From Eledone cirrhosa (taxonomy: Eukaryota), in NCBI GenBank assembly GCA_964016885.1, contig OZ024742.1, forward strand, positions 198,834,001 to 198,898,000: a stretch of DNA of 64,000 nt, written 5' to 3'. How positions within the stretch are numbered: the first letter of the stretch is position 1; each line of letters begins with the position of its first letter. Under the pieces are notes generated by a model, which saw nothing but the letters and a program-made list of their open reading frames with translations, was not told the DNA's origin and did no database searches. Shown piece after piece: positions 1 to 13,082 of the stretch. The translations under genes and the position numbers were made by a program.

Positions 1-300
1 ACATAATGAGAAGTTTGATAGAAATGCCCTGAAAATGTCAAGATAATGAAATTTTAGATAGAATGCCGTGAAAATGTCAACATAATGAAATTTTTGATAG
101 AAATGTCGTCAAAATGTCAATATAATGAGATTTTCGATAGAAATGCCGTCAAAATGTCAACATAATGAGATTTTCGATAGATATGTCGTCAAAATTTCAA
201 CATAATGCGTTTTTTATAATAGAAATGCCGCCAAAATGTCAACATAATGAGATTTTCGATAGAAATGCCTTCAAAATGTCAACATAATGACATTTTCGAT
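1..300. repeat. 40-bp minisatellite (~7.5 copies, runs off the window start)
   Basis: Unit CATAATGAGATTTTCGATAGAAATGCCGTCAAAATGTCAA repeated with a few substitutions. Confidence 0.9.
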
Positions 301-433
301 ATTAGTACTTTATACTCATGAAAGGTAGAGTATAAATATCATAAACATTTTCTGTCTTATGGTTAAACTCTTACCATTTCAATAAAAATGAAAAGCTGAT
401 TTAGTTTTTCATTTTCTTTGAAAAGATAAAAGC

Positions 434-500
<67 letters not shown>

Positions 501-503
<3 letters not shown>

Positions 504-3300
504 TGGCGTCACTAGGGAATTTGCGTCCGGGGGCAAGCTCGACCCCCCCCCCCCATCCTGTTATTTAAATGACATGAAAAATTATGAATATATGATCTAA
601 AATTACTTTTATAAAATTAATATGGAAAAAAGAGTAAAAAAATATTTACAAAGGGATCTTTCTAGCTTTAGCTGATGCAAATTGATCGATTTTTTCATCA
701 AAATCGGTTGCGTTTGTTTCTTCGCTTTCTATGCTGAGGATGGAAAGATCGCGCAGACGGCTTTGAGACATTGATGTCCGCAAATATGATAAGATGAGGT
801 TGAGCTTGCTGAAGGATCTCTCACAGCTTGCGACGGAAACGGCCATTGTTAGCAGTATCCGATTCGGATATAGACTGTTGTCTCCGTATTGAACAATAAA
901 ATTCAGGAGGTGTTCTGGTCTTGAGACTGAAACATTAGCGCGGGTTGACAACAACGCCCGACAGTCAACGGTTTCTTCAAAAAGCTCCTTGCCGTCAATG
1001 TCAGCATTGTAGTGATCAGCTAATGAAGAGCACTTTGATCGAAGCGCGAGGTCGTCTGGAAAAGGTGGATAGCACAGAGAGCGGATATCGAGGAGGAAGC
1101 CAAATCTCGCGTCAATATCGTTGAGACGGGCGAATCGTAGCTGCATTTCTGATTGAATTCGAAGGACAACAGTTTGTATGACTGTTTTTACTTCACTGGC
1201 TGGTGATAGTATTCATCTTCAGAATTATCTGAAAGCTGCCGTCTTGGCCTTCCGCTACGTTTGCTGATGTCAATGTTCCAGCGTTGACTTAACTCAATGC
1301 CTTTATTAAGTGATTGCTGGGCAAGAGTACTTCCATTATCCGCGAAATACTGCTGGAGGGCTTTGATGTCATCAGCGGCATCACGGAAGTTCATTGTTGG
1401 ATCTTGAAGGCGTTTCTGAACCCGATCGATTCGAGCCAGAATCCTATTCCAAAATCTAAGCAACAGGGAGAAGTGGAAGACAAGCATTTGGCTTAAAAGA
1501 TGTTCTGCATCACTTCGTGTGTCGGATCTCTCCTCATTATCCTCTACCAACTTTTGCAGAAGCTCGAGGATTTCATTCAGTAAGTTTGCAAGATGCTTTA
1601 CAGCATCTGCTCTTGCGCTCCACCTGGTGTCCGATGGAAATTTCAGAACAAAAGGGATTGCTTGCTTTAACTTTTCCCAACGCCGTGTTGATTGCGAAAA
1701 GAACGCAAACAATGACTCGATGACGTTGAAAAATGACATAACTTTGAAGCTACTCTTCGCTGCGATCAAACCAATGAGGTTAAGTGAATGGTTGTCACAG
1801 TTAACAAATATCGCCTTTTCGTTCAAATTCGTTATGCGTTGTTGAACCCCACTGGTGTGTCTGGCCATAACCGCAGCGTTGTCGTAACATTGTGCCTTGC
1901 AATAACCCAGCGCAAGGCCATCATCTTTCAATTCTTTTAAAATAAGTTCTACAATACTGGTTGCATCTTTCTCTACCAGTAGGGTGATCTCCAGAAAGGA
2001 CTCTCGGATGCGAACGGTCCTTTTGTCGAAATCAACATCGACATACCTCACCACTCGTGACAGCTGGTCTCGATGAGCTTGATCAGGAGATGAGTCCACC
2101 ATCAGCGCATAACGACGAGCATTTTTTACGCGTCGAAGAACATTCTTCTTGACGTTGAAAGCAAGTAGATGAATGAATTCATTTGGGATTGTGGGAGAGA
2201 GGTACGACGTGGAACCTGGATGAGTTTCCGCATTACTTAGAAACTCCTTTGTCACAGGATCAAAACATGACAGCAACTTCAATAAACTGATGAAGTTCCC
2301 AGCGTTGGTCGTTTCGTTTTGCTGGAGCGATTCGCGATGTCCCCTTAATGCAAGATTATGGGTCGCAAGAAACTTGATGCATTGTAGAAGTCGAGAGAGG
2401 ATATCGCGCCAACGTTGCTTCTCGGTTGTTATTAGTGATTGAAGCTGTGCATCGATAATTCCTTGCTCTTCTGTCAAACTGCGTTCCATCTCTTTCCACT
2501 GAGTGAAACAGCGCCGATGATGAAGACTGTTCTCATGCAACTCCATTTTCTCTGGCTTCTTCCAGTTGCTGAAGCCATTTTCTTGTTCAAGTGCGGATTT
2601 GAAACTCTAACCGGAGAAAAGAAGGCAGCAAAAGCAGAATGCCGACTTTTTGTATTGGGAGTACAGAAGCCACGATCGCGTGATTTCTTCGCCCTGGCCG
2701 TTGCACAACTTGCGATCAAACCAACTTCTTGTCATCGAGCGATTGCTACTTGGTGCAAATGGACCATCGGAATTCTGGAAGTACTTCCAACCAAGTCGCA
2801 CTAACTGCACTCTTAATGAATCAGGTACAAGTGGTCGTCCGGTTACTTTGTCAAACTGAAGAAGTCCTATGTCGTGCTGTTGAATGACGTCAATAATTTA
2901 CAGGGTCATCTGATTTACAGGGCTCGGGTTTTAAGACACAATGCTGCGACTCATCGATGCCTTCTGAGGAAGATGAACTTGATGAAGCCTCGCAGCTTGG
3001 ATGCTCATCAGCAGTTGGATGAGTAGGAAGGGGGGGACAGGATGTGCTAGGTTGAGTAAAAAAAGACAAGATAACTTGGCTAGATTTCACGGCTTTTTCT
3101 TTCTGCAACTTCCGCCTTTTCCGTCCTTCGGCTCCACTTTCTTTATTGATGACTGTCCGCTTCATGATTATACAAAACTCCTACAAAACAACAAATGAAT
3201 GCATTTTCAGAACGACAGTTTTAACTACAAAAGAACTATGCTAGTATCTTAATGAAGAGATTGGCTATAGTGACCACAAGGCACTGTTGTTGCAGTAAGA
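501..3300 (-). mobile_element. hAT-superfamily DNA transposon, decayed; one terminus visible
   Basis: hAT-like end CAGTGGCGTCACTAGG at 501 abutting (TA)n, followed by transposase fragments; opposite terminal inverted repeat not found, so the right boundary is approximate. Confidence 0.75.
646..3165 (-). pseudogene. hAT transposase (ZMYM1-like; TTF zinc finger, DUF4371-like core, hAT dimerisation domain), broken by stops/frameshifts
   Basis: ORFs 2890-3165, 2607-2810 (RSWLLYS..AFCFCCLLF), 1188-2546 (LALRGH, GNF..LL, DSSPD, CYDNAAVM, TRWSAR), 646-1146 (SVASCERSFSKL). Confidence 0.9.
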
Positions 3301-3799
3301 CAAACAAACTGTTATATTCTGGTAGGAAGATTGTTTAAAACTTTGGTATTGACTTATTGCATAAGTCAATACCAAAGTCTACATGATTTATGTAATGCAT
3401 TCATAAGTTGTTCACTTAAATCAAGACCGTTAATTCAAGGAACAAAGCGATTCCATATTTTTTCTTGGTTTCCGAAAAAAAGAGTTCATTTTGAGAATAA
3501 ATCAGCAGTTAGTCATATTTTGTGGGTTTGGATTTCACGTATGAAGAAATTCTTTAGAAAAGCTAAGTTATAGAGCACAAACAATTGATGGGCTAATGTA
3601 TTGAGCAACGGAAAACAAGTTTTTGTTCGTGCACAGTAAAAAAGAAAATAATTTACTCATTTCAAAAGGAACTAACGGAGTAAGAGCACACAATTGCAGA
3701 GTGAAAAACTGTTCTTGCAAGTGACTTGCAACCACATTTGGTAGGAGGTTCATTGAGCTGATTTATTCCTGTTCATTCATGCTGTACGTGTGTGTACGT

Positions 3800-4182
3800 G
3801 TGTGTGTGTGTGTATGTGAAAGCAAGGGTTCGGGAAGAACGGGGTTGCATGTTCAGGAAGAAGTGTGTGTGGGGTGGGGTGTAGGTCGGAGTGTGTGTGC
3901 GTGTGTGGATAGAGGGGTGGGGGAGGAATCCGGAGGCTGAATGTGTAAATATGTGGTGGAATGCACGTGTGTGTGGTATTTAAGCGTGTTGTGGGTGTAG
4001 GTGGCGAGTGGGGAAAAAAATGTTTGGGGGGGGGGGGGTGAGTCGTAAAGGTGATTCCGTAAGAAGATGTGGTGGAAAGGTTGGTAAAATCCTAGGATGC
4101 TAGTTGATTCCGCGGTCAAGGTCCACATACGAGTAATCCGTGAAGAGATTGGTCGGAAGAGGGGAGATGTGGGGTGCGCGCG

Positions 4183-4185
<3 letters not shown>
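3800..4185 (-). repeat. Dispersed repeat, homologous to 58020-58455 (probable PLE 3' tail remnant)
   Basis: Shared blocks GGGAAGAACG..CATGTTCAGGAA..GGGGTGGGGTGTAGGTCGG and terminal GGGGTGCGCGCGCAA. Confidence 0.6.
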
Positions 4186-4256
<71 letters not shown>

Positions 4257-4330
4257 TTATGTTTATATATATAAAAATAAAATTAGAATTTTATTTCTCG
4301 CCCTAGCACAGCTGATAGATAGATGTAAGT

Positions 4331-4423
<93 letters not shown>

Positions 4424-4574
4424 CACACACATATGTACATATACATATGTACGTATGGGTTATATCGAACATTAATAATAATGTTTGATTCGTTTGTAAA
4501 TAAACGGCCCAATTTGAAGCTGCACCGTGCCGGTGACTAATCATCACCTGTTTGTTCAACACTGGATTTGAAGA

Positions 4575-4617
4575 ACAATCAACATGTTTCTGGGTGATTA
4601 CGCTTCATCAGGACTGT
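4575..4617 (-). ncRNA. Minimal type-I hammerhead ribozyme, stem II degenerate
   Basis: Minus strand acagtc-CTGATGA-agcgtaatcaccca-GAAA-cat-gtt-gattgt; stem I acagtc/gattgt, palindromic stem III ACATGT. Confidence 0.6.
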
Positions 4618-4727
4618 ATACCTCTGCCAGTCTGTCGAACGGTTGAAAATCTATAGTATTTTCTTAAGTACACATTGATTGAGTAGCCTCATTTGCATAC
4701 CAAGAAATAAAATTATAATTTTATTTT

Positions 4728-4827
<100 letters not shown>

Positions 4828-5355
4828 GAGAGAGAGCTAGGTGGCACCTGTTTGAGAACTATGCTTTTATGTAAGTTGGATATTATGTGTTAAAAGTGTG
4901 TATTGGCATAATACACAAAGTATATTAAGAAAGAGAGGCTGAAGTTTCAGTTTAACATATTTTATTCATGTTTCACAAATAACCAGCTCAGAGCCTTAAT
5001 TGATTACAACCAGCTTTAACTCTGAGATCAACTTGATCATTAGATAGCAGTGGAGATCAGAATCGGAATATGTTCCTCTTTGAACTGATTCAAAACTGAT
5101 TGTAATTGATTAAGGCTCCAAGCTGGTCATTTGTGAAACACGTGTAGAGGTGTGATTAAAGTTAAACTGTAAACTCGATTTCTCTTTCTTAATTTGTGTG
5201 TGTAACTAAGGCCACTAATTGGCTTAACTTGAACATAAACAAATCTACACTAAAGCTATCCGTGAACTCAAGCAAACATAAACCATAAATCTACATTCAA
5301 CCCACTCATCAGACACATACTGCACAAGACATAGTAAAACACGTTCTTCAAAATC

Positions 5356-5378
5356 GTGTGTGTGTGTATGTATATGTG

Positions 5379-5414
<36 letters not shown>

Positions 5415-5600
5415 CACACACACATGTGTTTGTATGTACATATACATGCATATATATATATATATATACACATGTATATGTACATACAAACACATATATA
5501 CATATGTATACGTACACACACATGCATATATATACATACATATATATATATATATATATACATATATATACATATATATATACATACATATATATACACA

Positions 5601-5650
<50 letters not shown>

Positions 5651-5726
5651 CACATATATATATATGTATATATATATACGTATGTATATATATATATATA
5701 TACATATGTATATATATATACATATG

Positions 5727-5758
<32 letters not shown>

Positions 5759-5764
5759 CATATG

Positions 5765-5797
<33 letters not shown>

Positions 5798-5800
5798 GTG

Positions 5801-5849
<49 letters not shown>

Positions 5850-5906
5850 GTATATATATGTATGTATATATATATATACATATGTATATATATATATATA
5901 CATATG

Positions 5907-5955
<49 letters not shown>

Positions 5956-6018
5956 GTATATATATATACATATATATATGTATATATATATACATATGTA
6001 TATATATATATACATATT

Positions 6019-6065
<47 letters not shown>

Positions 6066-6112
6066 GTATATATATATACATATGTATATATATATATATA
6101 CATATATATATG

Positions 6113-6177
<65 letters not shown>

Positions 6178-6220
6178 GTATATATATATACATATATATA
6201 TGTATATATATATATACATA
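5356..6220. repeat. Compound (TA)n/(CA)n/(TG)n microsatellite, ~860 bp
   Basis: Direct reading; source of the YIYI ORFs. Confidence 0.95.
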
Positions 6221-7013
6221 TGTCGTTTCTGAATTTGTTTAGCAAGATTCTTTATCTGAAATCGTGTGTTGAAACCGATATTGTTATACTTTGGGAGGGT
6301 CATGTTGCCAATAAGAAACACACGCACCAGTTGCTTTCACTTCAATTTATTATATATTTATAAATTTATAAATTTACAAATTTACAAACTTATAAATTTC
6401 TGGTTGGTTGGTTAGTTCCACAACCAGATAGTTGTTTATATATAGTCATAGTCCTTTCGTCACACACTCTGTGACCTCTTCAGTGACTGGGGATTCCTTT
6501 CTTCGTTTCTGTGCCTTTCCTTTCTTCTATCCTACGCCATTTTGTTTCTGTGTGTGTGTTGTGTGCTCAGTTTGCGCATGCGCCACATCCGGGTGTCTGT
6601 GTGTGTTTGTGTTCATTTATCTATTTGTTTGTTTATTTAATTATTTATTTATTTATTTATTGTTGGTTGGTTGTTTGTTCTATGTGTGTGTGTGTTTTCA
6701 TTTTGTCCTGTGTGTGTTTTCATTTTGTCCTTAATTGTAAGTTGTTTGTTCTATGTGTGTGTGTGTTTTCATTTTGTCCTTAATTGTAAGTTGTGATGTT
6801 GCTGTTCCACTCATATTTTCACAGAGTGTGTGACGAAAGGACTATGACTATATATAAACAACTATCTGGTTGTGAAACCAACCAACCAACCAGAAATTTA
6901 TAAGTTTGTAAATTTGTAAATTTATAAATTTATAAATATATAATAAATTGAAGTGAAAGTAACTGGTGCGTGTGTTTCTTATTGGCAACATGACCCTCCC
7001 AAAGTATAACAAT
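6220..7013 (-). mobile_element. Non-coding PLE-like terminal repeat with inverted partial copy (arms ~6279-6474 and ~6819-7013)
   Basis: ~195-bp near-perfect inverted arms containing an HHR, flanked by TA tracts; relatives at 11058-11230 and 40125-40470. Confidence 0.7.
6444..6488 (-). ncRNA. Minimal type-I hammerhead ribozyme
   Basis: agtca-CTGAAGA-g-gtcac(agagtgt)gtgac-GAAA-ggac-ta-tgact; stems I and II pair, CUA cleavage triplet. Confidence 0.75.
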
Positions 7014-7173
7014 ATATACATATGTATATATATATATATACATATTTATATATATACATATATATATATATACATATATACATATGTATATATATATACA
7101 TATGTATATATATATATATACATATATATATGTATATATATATACATATATATGTATATTTATATACATATGT

Positions 7174-7261
<88 letters not shown>

Positions 7262-7473
7262 TTTACGTATCGAGAAAGAGAAAAAAAGGGGGGATAGGTG
7301 ATACATATAGTTATTTGCCAAGTAGCGTATGCCAAAGGTGCTCGATACTAGTGCCGGCAGTATTAAATATTCGAAGTGTTAATATTTAGTGGGTAGAGAG
7401 TTAGCAGAGCGTAAGCACGTGGGAAAGTAAAAAAATCGGAGAATAGACCGTTAAAACATGTTTATTTAAAACA

Positions 7474-7515
7474 GCACCTACGTACGTTTCGCCCAGTTGG
7501 GCTTCTCAAGGGCAT
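7474..7515 (-). ncRNA. Degenerate hammerhead ribozyme in PLE 3' repeat
   Basis: tgcc-CTTGAGA-a-gccc(aact)gggc-GAAA-cgtacg-ta-ggtg; stems II and III intact, core deviates from CUGANGA. Confidence 0.55.
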
Positions 7516-7804
7516 AAATAATCACAAGTGTTCCTTATATTGCTCGGAAAGAGTTTTGGGCGTTAAATCCACATCAAGGTTCATTGCTCACAAAAATATC
7601 TTGTTTTGATTTTGCAGCAGGTCAAGGGAGGTAACTCTGGCCGGTGTTAGGGCAGTCTTTCCCGGACAATTTTTTTTTTTTTTTTGCCGCATCCGTTTGT
7701 CTGAGGCTGGGTCTGGTATGCAAGGATTGTTTCCTGGGTGTTATTTTGCAACGCCTGCCCGCCGGGGTGTTAAGACTTGTTGCAGGGAGATCCAGTGTAA
7801 TGTT

Positions 7805-10535
7805 TCACTCTTCATCCTTAACCCATCTGAAGAAGGATATTTTTAAGCGATGTGTACAACTTATCGCTGTTTCAGCTCTGCTGTTGATGAGCTCGTGGGG
7901 TGTAGTTATGATGTGGTAGAGCTCCATGAGGCAAAGATCGCATTTCCTCTTGAAGTTGTACGGTGCAGCCCTGCCGAAAATCTCCCAGTGCGTGGAGAAG
8001 CTGATGTTTAAGTCCTTTAGTGATGTGATGTAGTCCGCGAGCGAAGTGGAGTGCCTTAGTTTTCTATTTGTGAAAGAGTGGAGATGTGTTCGAAACCTAA
8101 TTTTGAACGGGCCGGAGGTAGCCCCTATATAATGTTTAACGCTATTGTGGCTAGTAATAGTGCATCTATATATAACCCTATCAGTCAAGCAGTATCCTCT
8201 AAGGGGGCTGCGTCTTCTGTCGCGGCAGTTGCAATTTCTGTCGCGGTTCCGTCTATTTCCCACGGTAAGGCTATCATTGTTGCTGCCTACGTTGTTACCC
8301 ACGCTACCGCAGTTGTTGTTAGCACCATTACAACCCACAGCACGCGGGATGGTGCGATTGTTATTCCGCACGTCATGTTCTGCATGTTCCCCAGTCATTT
8401 CGCGGTTATTCTGGTTGCGTCTGCGGATGCCGTTGCCAACACTATTGGATGCTGCCAGGGAGTTGTTAAGGCCGATATAGTTATTGTCAGGTGTAGGTGC
8501 GTCTGTGTTGAGGTGCTGTGTCTTGGTGATCTTACTGTGGTTCGTTGTTCCTATGATGTCTGCTAGGTTAGGAGTAGTAGAGAAGGATATTTTTATATTG
8601 TTCCTATTAAGAATTTTTCTATACCTATGGTTGGGCGGGAAGTTCTTCTCTAAGGCTTCGAAGAACATCCGGGGTATGTTGGAGGCCACACTCCGAGAGT
8701 AGGGGGGTGGAACCATAGGACGTTACGGTGGCGATTACGTGTCCTTGTACTTTTGCTACGGGTGGTTCTATCTAAGTGACCGCTCTTATGTGTGTTAATG
8801 CGCAGTCGTCCGTTCGGTGCCCCTTTCACTTTGTGCTCGGGTGCACTCTTTCTACCTCTTCCATGTTTATGTACACGAAGATGTTGGTTGGAAGGCGTTG
8901 GTAGTAGGCCGTCGCCTTTGTTGGTTTTGTAATAGGGGAATAGTTTGAGTAATCTACAGTGTTCACCGTCGCCGGGGTCGTGATCTTTGGTGCGGTTATT
9001 TATTCTATTATATCTGACTTCAACGAGGTCGCCGCGTGATCGGTTATAGGTATGGCTTACTATAACGTTAGTTTTATGAGGGGGGTGGTTTCTAGAGCTA
9101 GCGTTAGGGATGTAGGAAATTCCTCGGTTAAAGCCGGCGCTTATCAGGGCCCTATTGTAGTAATCTGCCGCTTGGTTGAAGATATCCTCATTGGTGGATA
9201 GCCTCGAGATTCTATGTGAGATACTATAGACTATGGAGTTGAGAGTCTGCTTAGGGTGGTTGGAGGCATAATTAATATAAGAGAGGCATTCTACAGGCTT
9301 ATGGTATGGCTTGTATAAGCCCGTACTCAACTCCAGGGTCACGTCCAGGAAGTTGACAACCCTGTGGTTGAGGTCCATAGTTACGGATAGGCCGTATGAC
9401 TTAAAGAACCTGTGTATATGTTTGTTAAGGTTCTCTATCCTACGGGGGCTATGGTTCCTAACGGTAAACAGGGCGTCGTCCCTATATACACCTCCTTGTA
9501 GGGCCGGTATTTCTTCCCTAAGCTTATGTAGGAGGTATATCCCGACCAGGTCAGTTGCTTGCGCTGAGTCACTGGACCCCATCGTGACATCGAAGTTATC
9601 AGGACGGTTGGTTCTGGTCCAGTGGGAGCCTTCGAACTGGATAATGGTTCTACGTGCCGCTAGAATTATGTCTATTTCTTTTTTAGTGAGGCTAGTGTTA
9701 GATCTAGCTAAGATAAGTGCCTTATTTAAGAGTATGGGGGAGATAGAGGCGTAGTAACTATCTATATCAAACTGGATGAATTTCAGGGTGGCTTTATCCG
9801 ACTACTCGGTGAACCAATTTATGACCTGGTCGGTGTTGCCCCAGAGGCAGACTTTAGCCTTTCTATTAAGCTCCAGTAGTACTCTGTCGAGGATCACTTT
9901 ACTAATCTTACCTATATCTGATGTAGAGGGGCATATTAGTCTAATAGAGGGGCTTTCATTAAAGTCATATTTGTGATCCTTAAGAGAGAATTTAGACGTC
10001 AGAGGGACGTACGGGTTAGTGTACTTTTCTATTTCTAAGCTGGTGACTATATCCTTCCCTACTCTATTTATGTCATTTAGGGTATAGAGGGTGTCTTTTT
10101 GTAGTCTTTGTGTAGTTCCTTATAGATGAATTTTTTATACTCACTCGCGTCCATCTTGTACAGCTTTTTGGTTTTGTCGGAGGTGACGAAGAGGTGCGGG
10201 TCATTCTTGATCTTAGTTATTAGTATATCAAGGGACGTTAAGAATGGATTGCTGCATTGGTGTTTCTTTCTGAGCTTAACGTTTTTGATCATTTTCAGCA
10301 GGTCCTCTTCAAAGGAGTCCAGTAAGGTGTTGTGCGGTGGGTTTCGGTATGTTTTGAAGCCATACCTCTCTTTGGGTTCAGGAAGGTTACGGGTGTTCTT
10401 ATCCAGGTGGTAGGCCTTCCATCTAACTCTCCGTATAAACGAATTAGTAGCGTCTATAAGCAGTTTAAGGTAGGTTTTTCTGCTGGGTAAGGGAATACAC
10501 TTGAGAGACATGGGTAACGGCTGGTTCTCCAACAT
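7805..10535 (-). pseudogene. PLE reverse transcriptase plus GIY-YIG endonuclease, frameshifted
   Basis: SLKCIPLP..RRVRWKA N-terminus; MGSSDSAQ; YRDD; FLDVTL; WFHPP; CNC..PL.G.C; VIY..YIGAT..FK.R; C..C..CTH C-terminus. Confidence 0.9.
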
Positions 10536-10650
10536 AATGGCAAATAAGGTGAGATGCTCTACAAAAGGAGCACGGTAATATAGTATTTACGTATCGAGAA
10601 AGAGAAAAAAGGGGAGATAGGTGATACATATAGTTATTTGCCAAGTAGCG

Positions 10651-10683
<33 letters not shown>

Positions 10684-10684
10684 C

Positions 10685-10805
10685 TCTCTCTGGTGTGTTA
10701 CCTTTTCAACATATTGTATTTTAAAGAGCTCAGGATTTCTTCTCCTTTGAGCACATTATTTACAGGGAATGGCGAGGGCCTATGGGTTCGTTAATTTATC
10801 GTGAT
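10685..10805 (+). repeat. 3' fragment of the HHR-bearing family at 33984-34455 (another copy at 49093-49260)
   Basis: GTGTGTTACCTTTTCAACATATTGTATTTTAAAGAGCTC...TTAATTTATCGTGAT is shared by three loci. Confidence 0.8.
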
Positions 10806-10845
10806 ATATATACATATATACATATATATACATATATACATATAT

Positions 10846-10896
<51 letters not shown>

Positions 10897-10903
10897 CATA
10901 TAC

Positions 10904-11057
<154 letters not shown>

Positions 11058-11186
11058 TGTTATACTTGGGGAGGGTCATATTTGTGTAATATTGCCAGAA
11101 TTAATAACAGAACACACTCACTGTGAGTGTGTTCTGTTATTAATTCTGGCAATATTACACAAATATGACCCTCCCCAAGTATAACA
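11058..11186. repeat. Perfect palindrome, 64-bp arms, 1-nt spacer
   Basis: TGTTATACTTGGGGAGGGTCAT...CACTCAC-T-GTGAGTG...ATGACCCTCCCCAAGTATAACA. Confidence 0.92.
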
Positions 11187-11228
11187 ATATTTGTTTCGAC
11201 ACACGATTTCATATAAAAAGCCTCACAA

Positions 11229-11302
<74 letters not shown>

Positions 11303-12822
11303 AAACAAACATTTGAAATCAACTTATATACAACTTACATCGTGTTTCTATATCTTTAACTTTATAGCGAGGATACTGGGTTGTATGAATGCAACAAGGA
11401 ATACATTGTTTGTGTAGATAATATTTAATTAACAATGGTAGATAGTATAGTTGCCATGTCAAAGAAATAGATGAAAGAATGAAACAAAGTTAGTCGTTAC
11501 CGTTTTGATTGCCAGGCAAACGCGGCTGGCAGAAGACGCCTGGCTAAGGCCAGGCGCCGGAAGGCAAATGAGAGGCAGAGAGCCGAGAGCTATTCGTTTT
11601 ATAGGGCTCTGCTGGAAGTTACAGAAAGGGTTCTACTTCCCGTCTAGATGTTAATCCAAACAAGGGAGACAACCGCTACATAACCTCCCGCCAGAATTTT
11701 AGGATATAAAAATCGAATGAAAATATGTAGCAAGTTGGCGAGAATGTTGTAACAGGCATGAAAATTACGACAAAAGAATGTTTGCAAAAATCAATGATAG
11801 ATATCAAGGTAGCCAACCGCTCTTGGCCAGAGAACGACTGGACATCTATGTATCCATCACCCAAAGATACAATGTAATAAAGTAAGAGAAGGGCTCAAAG
11901 TTCAAATATACAAAATATAGTTCACAGGTGTGCAATCACATGACAGCAGGAAAGAAAGTGTGTTCCAGAGAATGAATGCAGGTGGTTTCTGTTCTGTGGT
12001 ATATCGTGAAATTTCCAACCTCCGAATGGATTTTTTCACAGGAAGAGTGCTGCAAAAATAAATTCTCTGGCTTGTTCTGGTTGTTGGTGAAGCTGTGTTG
12101 CTGTTGATGTCTCGCTGAGTGAGAATATTCGGTGTTTAAATTCACAGTAAAAAAAATTTTTTTCAGAAAAAATGAGTTGCGCAAAGTGCTAGAAATAGCA
12201 GCCGAAGTTGATGGTCGATGTTGAGAATGCGTTGACCTGGAAGGGTCAAGAGGCCAGCGACCAAAGAAATAAGCATTCTGAATAAATGCGCAGTTTTCAA
12301 CGGCAAATTTACGTAGTAAATTTTTAAACCGGCAAATAGGAGAATATAGCTTAAGGCTGAAGAAATCCTTGGCGAGAAACGTTATCTCTGGCGTGCGGGT
12401 ATCTCTGTGAGTCGAGAATTTGTGCTGCCTACACGTGCCAATACAAGGTTGAAAAAATAATATTTCTAACGCGCGAGAAAATGATAGTGCAAGTGTGAAA
12501 GTGACAATGATGAAAAAGAAAGGCTTCACTCAGCATAATTATTGGTGTGAACTTTGGAAAAAAACTTGAACGATGAAGAAAACGATGAAAAAAAAAAAAG
12601 GCAATGGTTCATCGAAAATAAATGTTCCTGTTGAAATGTTTTCTTAAAAAATATTAAATTTCTTTTTTTTTTTTTTGTGTTTTGAAAGTGTTCGTTGTAA
12701 GAAACGAGAAACATGTATATATATCGTGAAATGCGACAGTTAGTTGATGCGTGAGAGAAAAAGTCGGTCTGTGCGAAAATTTCACATGTGCGTGTGTCCG
12801 TTTCTTTGAGTATTTTCATAGT

Positions 12823-13082
12823 CTATCTCTATCTATCTAAGGCGGGTAAAATTCCCGAGATCCATGGACGAGTTCTCTCCAGCGGTCTCTGTCCCTCATT
12901 ATCGCTGCCATATCCTGCATCTCCAACAGACCAGTGTCTGTCCTTAGGGCATCAACATATGTTAACTTTGGTCTTCCTCTTCTAGTGTGTCCATGTAGGG
13001 GCTCCCAAAGGAGCACTGAGTGCAATGTCAACTCTGGATGTCGGTGAGCATGTCCAGCCAACCTCAATCTCCTCTGTGTCAC
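12823..13082 (-). mobile_element. 5'-truncated RTE/RTEX LINE 3' end nested in the LTR element
   Basis: Encodes [24 protein letters not shown], matching 43570-43815; (TAGA)n tail; 10-bp TSD TTTTCATAGT. Confidence 0.88.

Larger units (their letters stand above)
7258..10653 (-). mobile_element. Penelope-like retroelement (Naiad-type), near full length, with ~73-bp direct terminal repeats
   Basis: Direct repeat 7258-7330 vs 10582-10653; TA tracts on both sides; RT-GIY-YIG ORF; HHR-like motif in the 3' region. Confidence 0.88.

Noticed and set aside
11936-12529. 197-aa ORF inside the LTR element
   Set aside because: No recognisable gag, protease or other motif
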